DNA from: a virus
Lineage: Duplodnaviria > Caudoviricetes
Direction: 5' to 3' (one strand)
IMG/VR virus record: IMGVR_UViG_3300044724_000968
Span: 1-33,494 of that record
Length of the DNA: 33,494 nucleotides
Part shown: piece by piece, positions 9,909 through 19,900 of the stretch
How the letters are laid out: the number at the start of each line of letters is the position of its first letter
Numbering within the stretch: position 1 is the first letter of the stretch
Translations under genes and position numbers: made by a program
Notes under the pieces: model-generated
What the model was told of the DNA's origin: nothing
Database searches by the model: none
What the model saw: the letters and a program-made list of their open reading frames with translations, nothing else

Positions 9909-11304
9909 TTCACCAGCGCAGCAGCAAACTAGCACAGGTCTTCCTGAGTATGTTGACCCATACTTTAAGCGACTTCTTAAAGGCGCTGAAGAAGCGACTA
10001 TGCCATATTACCCAGACGATCCTGACACGTATGGTGATCTAGCGGGTAAATCCACTTATCAACCATACGAAGGTGATCGCTTAACGTCTTCTGCAGATTA
10101 CGCTGATATTATGTCATCGAGAGACATGATCCGTAATGTTGCTGGATCTGGTATTCCGGGCATGGAAACAGCGACTAGCGCACAGCTAACAGGTATGGCG
10201 GGTATAAAAGGTTTAGCTGATGCACCGCCTAGTTTTACCGCGTCTGATTTTACTGCAAGTTCTGTTGACCCGTACAGTGGTTTTCAAGCAAGTCCTGCTA
10301 CCGCCTATGGAGGATTTCAAGAATCTCAATTTACTCGCGGTGCGGGTAGTGAGTTTGATTTTGGTCCAGCGCGTCAGTTCACTGGTGCAGAAGTTCAGCA
10401 ATACATGGACCCCTACATGCAGAATGTCGTTGATGTTCAGAAGCGTGAAGCCATTCGTGATTTTGATAGGGGTCAAGCTGGCAGAGATGCGTCAGCAGTT
10501 ACTGCGGGTGCGTTTGGTGGATCACGTCAAGCTGTAGCACAGGGTATGGCAGAGCAAAATCTGCGGCAAAGATTAGGTGATATACAGCAAATCGGTAGTC
10601 AAGCTGCATTTGATAGGGCAATGAAAGCGTTTGAGTCCGACAGAGCAGCACAAATGGGCGTTGATAAGTCCCGTGCAGCAGAGTTAGCTAGGGTGCAAGG
10701 TATTGGTATCGGTGAACTAGGCCGTACCGAAGCAGGTGCAGCATCAGAGGCGGCTCGTCGGCAAGCAGCGGAAGCAGCAGAACAAGCTAGAGTGCAGGGC
10801 TTAGACGCATCAGAAGCAGCGCGTATACAGTCTGGAGAAGCAGCGGAGCTTGCTAGAACGCAGGGTATAGATGTTAGCGAAGCGGCGCGTGTGCAGGGCG
10901 CAGATGCAGCGGAACAGGCAAGAATACAAGCCGCATTAGAAGCGCAGCGATATGGCACCGCTGGACTTTACGATCAATATATGCGCGCAGGTTCTGGACT
11001 TGTTGGTTTGGGTGAAAGAGCTAGAGGCGCAGATATTCAAGACGCACAGCTACTTGAACGTATTGGTGGCGATATCCGTGCCGAAGATCAGGCACGGCTT
11101 GATTTAGATTACCAAGATTTCTTACGGCAACAAGAGTATCCAATACGCCAGTATGAACGATATGCGGGTATTTTACGCGGTGTACCTGTTACACCAGACA
11201 CGTATACAACAACGTATCAAGCGTATAACCCAATACAAGCTGCTTTGGGTACGGGTCTTAGCGCATTAGGATTATACAGAGGTCTAGGGTACGGAGGACA
11301 GTAA
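9895..11304 (+). CDS. DNA ejection / pilot protein
   Basis: 469 aa with an MGKG.S start, YMDPYMQNVVD and GAFGGSRQ. It has Ala/Gln-rich 11-aa repeats (EAARVQG) at about 10670-10940 and a Gly-rich C-terminus. Confidence 0.6.
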   Translation: MGKGSSPAQQQTSTGLPEYVDPYFKRLLKGAEEATMPYYPDDPDTYGDLAGKSTYQPYEGDRLTSSADYADIMSSRDMIRNVAGSGIPGMETATSAQLTGMAGIKGLADAPPSFTASDFTASSVDPYSGFQASPATAYGGFQESQFTRGAGSEFDFGPARQFTGAEVQQYMDPYMQNVVDVQKREAIRDFDRGQAGRDASAVTAGAFGGSRQAVAQGMAEQNLRQRLGDIQQIGSQAAFDRAMKAFESDRAAQMGVDKSRAAELARVQGIGIGELGRTEAGAASEAARRQAAEAAEQARVQGLDASEAARIQSGEAAELARTQGIDVSEAARVQGADAAEQARIQAALEAQRYGTAGLYDQYMRAGSGLVGLGERARGADIQDAQLLERIGGDIRAEDQARLDLDYQDFLRQQEYPIRQYERYAGILRGVPVTPDTYTTTYQAYNPIQAALGTGLSALGLYRGLGYGGQ

Positions 11305-13973
11305 TGAACATTTTAGAACAGTCCGAAGCCTTAAAAGATATTCCTGAAGCCGCATTGATGCGTGAAATGCAGATGCCGACCGGAAGCTTTCCGCAGTATC
11401 TTGTGCTGACAGAAATAAAACGCCGTAAGCGTATGCGTGACGAGTTCCAAAGACGTGAAGCACAAGACATGCCTACTGTAGCAGAAGAAGCTGTGATGGG
11501 TGCAGGGATGCCCCAGCAAGGCATTATGCAGATGGCTAAATCTATGGCCCCACAAACAAGTATGGGTCAGAATACAGGCATAGCTAACGCTGCACCGAAA
11601 CAGCCTACTATGGGTATGGCTGAAGGTGGCATTATTAATATGCGGACGGGTGGTAAGCTCGTTAATTTTAAAGGTAGAGAGTTTGCTGTTTTTGAAGATG
11701 GTGAGGTCTATAGAGTTTTGCCAAACGGTAAGAGGCTAAAAGAACCCTCACCCGCAGTCAGACGGATGGTTATAGAAGAAACTACTAAAATGCTGGGTGA
11801 TCGTAGAGATCAGACAGTTGTAGATGTAGAACAATCTGGTTTAGAGGCGTTTGAAGCAGCGCAGACGCCCTCCGCTGAAGTTGAAAAAGAGTTAAGTTTT
11901 TTAGACACTCTTAGAGAAGGTGCAGACGTACGAGAAGCTGCTAAAACGGCAGGAATTACTCTTTTAGAAGCAGCTAACATTGTTGCTGGGTCTGCTGGAC
12001 TACTTTCACGCGAATTTCAAAAAGCAACATTGCGAACTATTCAAGATTTTGTTCCAAATAAAGATGCAAGTAGAAAAATCCAAAGTATGATAGACGGTAT
12101 AACCGAAATACAAAAAGAATATTTTGGTGAGGGCAATATATTAGATCGCTATGTGCCTAGAGCCACAGGCGAAAGCTTAATACAAACTAAAAGCGCCAAA
12201 GAGAAAGAGGAAGAAGCCGCACGGGCTGCGTATGAGGAGCAGCAAACAGCGGAAACAATGGCAGCTTTAGGCGATGAAGGAGAATATGACAGGCTTTCAA
12301 ACTTACTGCAGGGTCAAGCAGGGCCAATACCCGTAGCTCCCGGTGCTATAAGTGCTGCGGACACAATGAGTAATCTTCCTTTTGCCACAGGAGAAATGTA
12401 CGAAGCACCAATAGCGGCTCCTGACCCAACGGCAGCAACTCCGCAAAACTTGAGCGCAATCCAGCAAACCACACCACCTGCCTCTGTTCTACAGGTACCT
12501 TCCGCTGCTCCTACCTCTGGATCAGACGCCGAATTTTCTGACTACATGCAAGCAGAAAGGGATAAGAGTAGAGAATTATTGGACCGTAAGCTGGAAAAAA
12601 TGAAAATCCGTGACGTGCTAGGTGGGATGGGCAGTAACTATATTGGTACGGCAGATCTTATTGACAAGTTAAGAGAAAACAATAAACGGCTCTCCGATGA
12701 TGGAAGAGATACTGCCGGAAATCAGTTGCTTGGGGCATTAAACCTTCGAGGTAGAGACCCATTTTTTTCTGGTGATTACCCAGAATTTACTACTTTACAA
12801 GACGTTGCAGAGTATGGCGGCGCCCAAACCTTCAGGGATGTTTTTGGAGGTAAACCCAAATCCGATGCGGAAAGAGATTTAGAAAATAGATCTTTAGATT
12901 ACTTTGCTGGAGATCAATTCACACCACCCAGTGAGATATACGGTGATCTTTTAGGTGGCGATCCACGCACAACCGCTAAATACCAAGAAGAACCTTCGTC
13001 TGTTATTGATCAAATATCAGATCGTTTATATCGTGAAGCACAGCAAGGTGAGCTTGCAAAACAAGAACAGCTTTTCGGTGATTATGATGCAGAAGCGCAG
13101 GCACAGAGAGACGCCGAAATAGCTGGGCAAAGGGATGTGTTAGAGCAAGCGGCTTTGGCTCGCGCAGGAGAAAGGCTAAAGGATCAGCAGCCTACAGAAG
13201 ACCTTACGGGTGTAGCAGGTGCAATACAAAAGGGTCTTGATTATGTTGGTGATCCCGCACTTAACTTTCTTGAAGGGGCCACAAATAAATTCGGTGCGCT
13301 GGTTGAAAGCGGTCAACAGAAAGTCGGCGATTACTTTGATGCAAGACGGGCTATGGAATCTGACGAAGCTGACCTTGGAGTGGGTAATCAGATCATTGAC
13401 CCAAGCCAAACAGCAAAAGCCAAACAAGACGCAGCAGATAAAAAAGTACGTGACATTATAGCAGCAGAACAAGCAAGGGCAACTAAAGCATCACAAGCTG
13501 CATCTGCACAAGCAGGTTCGTTGGAAGCACGTATAGCGGACGCTATAGCAAAAAGAGAAAAACGTGCGGAACAGGATAAGTGGCTGGCACTTGCACAAAC
13601 GGGTGTAATTTTGGCTTCTGGTAATCCAGCAGATTTGGCGACAGCGGGAACAGCGGGTATAAAAGCACTGACAACTGCTCGCGCACAACAAGACAAGTTT
13701 GACGCTGATATGCTTGGCCTACAACAACGTATTGACGCTTACAAAGCACGTATTGCAGCGGCGGGTAAGGGTGGTTTGACAGCTAATCAGATGCTCACTA
13801 GAGGAACTAGCCTTCTAAAAGAAGGGCAAACTATGCTAGAAAACGCAGGTGACAATGCTGATTTAGTAACGGAAGCACAGCAGCTAATTGATTACGGTAG
13901 GTCTCTTATAGGCATAGCGATGGGTGGGTCAGGCACTTCTAGTGGCGGGAATAAAACTGTAAAAATATCATAG
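11304..13973 (+). CDS. Large internal virion / ejection protein
   Basis: 889 aa, helical and Ala/Gln/Glu-rich. The N-terminus has PQYLVLTEIKRRKRMR and MAEGGII motifs. Located in the ejection-protein cluster. Confidence 0.6.
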   Translation: MNILEQSEALKDIPEAALMREMQMPTGSFPQYLVLTEIKRRKRMRDEFQRREAQDMPTVAEEAVMGAGMPQQGIMQMAKSMAPQTSMGQNTGIANAAPKQPTMGMAEGGIINMRTGGKLVNFKGREFAVFEDGEVYRVLPNGKRLKEPSPAVRRMVIEETTKMLGDRRDQTVVDVEQSGLEAFEAAQTPSAEVEKELSFLDTLREGADVREAAKTAGITLLEAANIVAGSAGLLSREFQKATLRTIQDFVPNKDASRKIQSMIDGITEIQKEYFGEGNILDRYVPRATGESLIQTKSAKEKEEEAARAAYEEQQTAETMAALGDEGEYDRLSNLLQGQAGPIPVAPGAISAADTMSNLPFATGEMYEAPIAAPDPTAATPQNLSAIQQTTPPASVLQVPSAAPTSGSDAEFSDYMQAERDKSRELLDRKLEKMKIRDVLGGMGSNYIGTADLIDKLRENNKRLSDDGRDTAGNQLLGALNLRGRDPFFSGDYPEFTTLQDVAEYGGAQTFRDVFGGKPKSDAERDLENRSLDYFAGDQFTPPSEIYGDLLGGDPRTTAKYQEEPSSVIDQISDRLYREAQQGELAKQEQLFGDYDAEAQAQRDAEIAGQRDVLEQAALARAGERLKDQQPTEDLTGVAGAIQKGLDYVGDPALNFLEGATNKFGALVESGQQKVGDYFDARRAMESDEADLGVGNQIIDPSQTAKAKQDAADKKVRDIIAAEQARATKASQAASAQAGSLEARIADAIAKREKRAEQDKWLALAQTGVILASGNPADLATAGTAGIKALTTARAQQDKFDADMLGLQQRIDAYKARIAAAGKGGLTANQMLTRGTSLLKEGQTMLENAGDNADLVTEAQQLIDYGRSLIGIAMGGSGTSSGGNKTVKIS

Positions 13974-13982
13974 GTTATAGAT

Positions 13983-16900
13983 ATGGGTATCTTTCAATAT
14001 ACTGATCCGCAAACCCGACGAAGCTATGACTTTGAAATTGCAGGTGATGACCCTAGTAACGAAGATTATGCTAAAATACGTCAATATTTAGACGGTGAAC
14101 GTGCTGAATACGCGCAGCGTTACCAAAATGTATTCGGTAAAGAGTTTGAAGTAGACGATGAAACAGCCGTGCGCCGTGGGCTTCGCCGTGGATATCAGCA
14201 GATTAAAGGTGCGGTTGGCGAAACACTTGGGACTGCTGGTGAGGAGGCGGGGCTTGGGTTTCTTGCAGAATACGGACAGGACGTAGAAGAGAGATCACGA
14301 CAGCGGCTAGGGGAACTACTACTTGAACAACCCGAACGTATGCAGTCAACTGACGTAGATAGTATTGGCTCTGCGTTGACGTATGCAGGAGAACTTGTTG
14401 GTGAGCAAATCCCGCAGCTTGGCCTTGGTCTTGGCGCAGCAATAGCAGCCCCTGTCATAGCAGGCACAACAGGCTTATCCGCAGTTGGTTTAGGGATAGC
14501 CGCAGGTGGCGTAGCCACAGCTCCAATTTTGTTTGGTAACAACATCCAGCGCCGCGAAGATGTTGTAGGTGAAGGCAATCTAACCGAAACTGACATATAC
14601 AACGCTCTAAAAGCCACATTCGGACAAGCAGCGCTTGAAGGTATATCCTCTAAAGTGTTGGCAGGTGGTCTATTCCGTCCGCTAGGCAAGTCTATATTTA
14701 CTCGCACAGCGAGCCGTGCGACAGGCGGTGCGACCACTGAAGGTTTAACTGAAGTCGGTCAACAAATGATGGAGCGAGCGCAAGCTGGCCTCCCAATCGA
14801 CAGCGAAGATGCTATTGCAGAATACCGTGAAGCAGCTATCGCAGGTGGTCTAATCGGTGGCGGCACACGCGCTACATTCGGTGCGTTCCAAGGTGTACCC
14901 GAAACTGAAGCAGAAAAGAAAGCTAGGCTTGAAGCAGAAGCAGACGTAGACGCAGAAGCCACTGCAGTTACCACAGAAGTAGAAACAGAAGCCGCTGCAG
15001 TCACCACAGACACAGATATAGGCACTGACCCTACGGACGTTACTCAACCAGAAGCGGATAAAGTCGAAGAAACTATAGCTGCGGCTGAAGAAATCACAAC
15101 CGTTACGGACGCTCAAGCTACAGAAGCAAGAAATGCTGCTGACTCTACACCACCCAAAGGCAAAGCAGAACAAACCGATACGCAGCGAGCGGTAGCCGCA
15201 GCCGATGTAGATACAAGTACAGATAAACAAACGGCGATTGCTAAAGAAGCAAGGTTAAAACAAGAAGAAGCATTAAGAAAAACTGAGAAATATATTAAAC
15301 CTGCCGTAGACCCCAACGCAGTAGCGGAAGATCGTGACGCTGCACTAAAAAGTGAGCAAAGCGGTGAGAATATACAGGTAGGGGTTAGAGAAGAAGTAGA
15401 AGTAGACGCTGTAACAACTGACTCTAATGTAATAGATGACGACTTCTTGTCAGGTCTAAGTGTACCGAAAGAGGCGTTGATTAGACGTAAAAACACAAAG
15501 ATAAGCTTAATCGGCAAAAAGAAAAACGATCCTGCGGTCATTGAAGCGTTAAAAAAATACGCGCTTACAAGTTCCGTATCAGCAGCCAAACAAGGCGTAA
15601 CTGATTATCTTAGTTCTGTAGGAGTATCTCTTGAAAGAAAATCTGACACAGAAAGACTTGGAGTTGGCGTTCCAAGTGATCAACCAAGCGTGGTTGGAGG
15701 ACTCGGACGAGACAGTACAGATACCGAGGTCGTTGCGGAAGCTGACGTGGGAAGACTGGGAACTGATCTGCCACCTGCTAGAGATACTGCAGATACAACA
15801 GGAATCGAGTCCGATACATTAGAAGATGTGGATTTTGTTACAGCACGGGGGTCTACTTACTCTATCAAAGAAGGCAACCGCACTAAACGAAATCGCGCCT
15901 CTAATACAAAAAGTGGTGAGTTCGTAGAACAGCCTACTAGCGGCAAAACAATTTATATGTCTTACGAAGATATGAATAAGTTTGGTTCGTTATTTCAACA
16001 AGGCGAGCTAGGACTGTATAAATTTCTTCCGATAGAAGGTACTACAAACGAAGCCCAGTTAGTTTACACTCAAGACTATGGACCATTTAAAGCCGGAGAT
16101 CCTGTATCGGATACACAGGTAACTTTTTCCACTACCCCAGAAGTAGGTAAACACCCCGTTGAGATTTATGACTCAACAAACAAAACTGGCAATGATATCC
16201 ACTTTGGCTCTAAAATAACAAAAGTAAATTCTACTAAACCTAAAACTGCAGCAGCGTTAGAAGAATTAAAACAGCAAGCTGATATTGCTACAGCCGAACC
16301 AGTAGCGCCTGCTCCTCAACCTGCTACACCTGCCATGCAGCAAGCAGCAATCGGTGGTGCCGAAACAGGACTTGCGGGACAAGTAATTCCTGAACCTGTA
16401 CAAGTACCCGCTGCACCGCCAATGCAAGCCGCGCCTGTTCCACAAGAACAGTTACAGGCTATGGAAGCGCAACAAGACGCTGCTGCACAAGCACGTATTG
16501 ACAGGGTGTTTGAGAGCAATCGGGGTAAGCAGCCACAGGTCCGAGAGTATCACGATACACAAGTAGACCCACGCTCTGCACCAGAAGTCACGACTGCGGT
16601 GGACAAAGAGGGTGTTGCAGACTTACTAGAAACCCCCGACAAAGATCTTGATACACGGGCTAAAGCGGCAAAACTTTTCTTCAAGCGGTTCCGCAGACCT
16701 GTTGATGCCCTCGCCGAAATGGGCGCAGTTAGTGCTGCTGGACCTGCACAGTCTATTGAAAAAGACTATACTCCGGTTGAGTTTGCTTTCTACAAAGGCA
16801 TGACCCAAAAGTCAGCTATGGATGCGCGGAAGTGGGTGTTTGATAATCTGTCTCGTCAAGCTTTTGTAGAAACACGCGATGCAAGTGTTCTTGCACGTCG

Positions 16901-19900
16901 AGACACAGCAAAATACAGCCCATCTGATGCGTATATCCGTGCAACTAAGTCAATCAAACAAGTCCTAAATAACGAGCAAAGAAGATATAATAGGCAGCTT
17001 GAAAAAGATGTAGAAGCGTACACAGAAGCAAAACGCGCAGAAGCCGCAGCGGAGCAGGTGAATAAACAGCTTGCACTAGATACTTCTATGGATGCGCCTC
17101 GACCTATGGTTACGCAGGCGGGAGAAGAACTTTTCCGTGTAACTACACCTAAAAAAGGTGAGACAGCATTCGATTCTTACTTGCTTAGTATGGGCTTTAA
17201 GAAACGCAAAGTACCTAAACAAGACGATTATGTATTTATAGATCCTGACACCAAAAAAGCTCTAACTGATGAAGAGCTTATGGACTTCTACGATGGTTGG
17301 GTTGCGTCCCGCGAAATGGGCTTCTTGCTTATTGACCCCGTGCATGGGCTAGACCAAGCGTTGCTTCCAAGCATCCGTAACGCGCTACAACGTGGGGATT
17401 TAGGTTTTGCGTTGGACGCTATAGCTTCAACAAGTCAAGTGGACCGCATTCGTGAAATTGCAGCCAAGCTTGCCAATGTTGTCGGCGATACACAGGTACA
17501 GGTAGTTGATGACCTATCCGCAATGACAGGGCGAAAAGCCGCTGGATTTTTTAGACCTCAAACAAATACAATTTTCATTGATGCTAACAACGGGATGAAC
17601 GTGCATACTATTCTGCACGAGATGACCCACGCAGCTACCTCGGCATCATTGGCGAACCCATCTCTACCAGAAGTAAAGCAGCTACAGGCTATACTTAAAA
17701 ATATGCGAGAGCAATTAGGTGAGGTGTATGGCACAGCAGACTTGGACGAGTTTGTTGCAGAAGCCTTCAGTAACCCTGAGTTCCAAAGAGCATTAGCTCT
17801 TGCCCCGGTAGATGGTGGTAAGATGTCAGGCTGGGAGAAGTTTACAGGTGCTGTAAAACGTATCGTCCGGAAGCTACTAGGTTTGTCACCTTCGCCGACT
17901 GCACTATCAGAAATAGATAGATTGATCGACGGTATGCTGGCCCCATCACCAGCCACACGCGCAGCGCCAAACATGTTGTTAGCAGCAGGTACACGAAAAG
18001 GTGCAGCAGATTTGTTGGGTACATATTTTACTGCTGTACCGAAAGAAGACAGAAATAGCTACGAGCGGATAAGGGATGTTGTTCTTGCTAACACCCCAAG
18101 GTCAGTTAAAAATTTTGCTCTTTCTTTGCAGCCCGTAACTAACTTAACTCGTATCGCTAAAGAACGTATTCCTTTTGCCCCAGAACTAAACGTATTAATT
18201 GACCAAGCGTCAGGAGCGTACCGAAAAGCTTTAGAGCCTGTCGATGTAATATACGAAGATTATAGAAAATTCCGTAAGGCAAACCGCGCCGCATACGATA
18301 AAATGCTTGGGTTAATGAACCGCGCAACCCAAGAAGAAGTTGATCCCGCACGTCCAAGAGATACGTACGCACAATACTGGTTATCTTATTTCGATAAGAA
18401 AACTGAAAAAACAGTGACCCGTGCATTTAAAAACGAACAAGCGCGTAATGCAGAAATAGCAAAATTAAACGCCGATTTAAAAGCTGATGAAGACGCAGGC
18501 AAAACACTAACTCGTACTAAAGCTAAAAAAGCTGGTGATGCTAATGCAGACAAAACGGCAATGTGGGATGTCCTAAATAAAGAATACAAGGCTTTAGGTA
18601 AGCAAGGGCAAGACCTGTATAAAATTACCCGCAATATGGGTGAGAGTGCTATGGACCGTATTCTTCCAGCTATGAAAGCACGTATAGACGCTATGGGGGT
18701 AGACAGCGCGACAAAACGAACAGCATTCGAAAAGCTTGCGGACCTACTCCATGCTGAAAGTGGTGTTATTCGTCCATACTTTAGGCTAAATCGTGATGGG
18801 GACTTCCGTCTACAATACGTTGCTCCTGATCCTCTTACAGGTAACGATGAAGTTTTCACTGAGCGGTACGACTCCGAAAGAAAATTACTACAAGCGCAAG
18901 AGAATGTTAATAAGTTTTTAAAACGTATAGAACGAGAAGACTTGGTTTCGCAGATAGAATCAGGTAGGGACAGCGGCGTACGGAATTACGGCAAAGCTCC
19001 TAGCTCTTCGTTTGTGTTTAACCTATTACAAACGCTACAAGCTACAGGCGTAGATCAAAAAACAATGGATCGGGTTGTTGATCTTGCTTTAGACGCTATT
19101 CCAGAGCGTTCATTTATGCAGTCGTTCCGTAGTCGTAAAGAACGCGCATCCGGTGGACGGGGTGTATTCGGTGCGCTTGGTGAGGTTACTCCGTCAGGTA
19201 TGCCCGGAATGGATGCTGACCCTGCAGAATTATTTCGAACAAATTTTCGTGGTATAGAGAAACAACTCGTACAGTTAGAGTATGGCGCAAAAATACAGCA
19301 GTTCCGTAATAAGTTAGAAGATGGGAACTATTTAAATCGCCTTGATACGGATGTAATGGCTAGAAAACTAGATAAAATAGCCGAATTTGCGCAGTCTCCA
19401 TCTATGCCAAACTGGTCGCGGATAGCTACATCTGCAGGGTTTGGGTGGACTATGGGCGCGAACATATCTTCTGCGGCTGTTACCTTATTTGATATGCCCA
19501 TGAGTGTATTCCCATATCTAAGCGGGGAATACGGCATAATGAAAACAACAAGTGCTATAAGTAATGGTGCTAAGTTATTTTTAGGGTCGCCCGAAACTAA
19601 GACAGTAACCATCATGGGCGCAGATGGGCAACCTGTTCAGCGTGAAGTGAAGATGAGTAAGTTTGGTAAGTCTATGGCTAACTATAACTACGACGATCCT
19701 AACTTGCCTAACGACATAAAAAGATATGAACCTCTCGTAAAACTTGGCACCCCACGTGGATTTTTTAACCAAAGTATGACCCAAGAACAGTTAGATATAA
19801 CTGGGGACCGTGATGTTTTAGAGAAAATAAATGTAGTAAGTAGTTTCTTATTTCACCACACAGAAAGAATGGGGCGTGAAACCTCTCTAATTGCCGCATA

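Noticed and set aside
14953-15011. Short 33-bp-period duplication (EATAVTT/EAAAVTT) in the giant gene
   Set aside because: An ordinary in-frame linker duplication.
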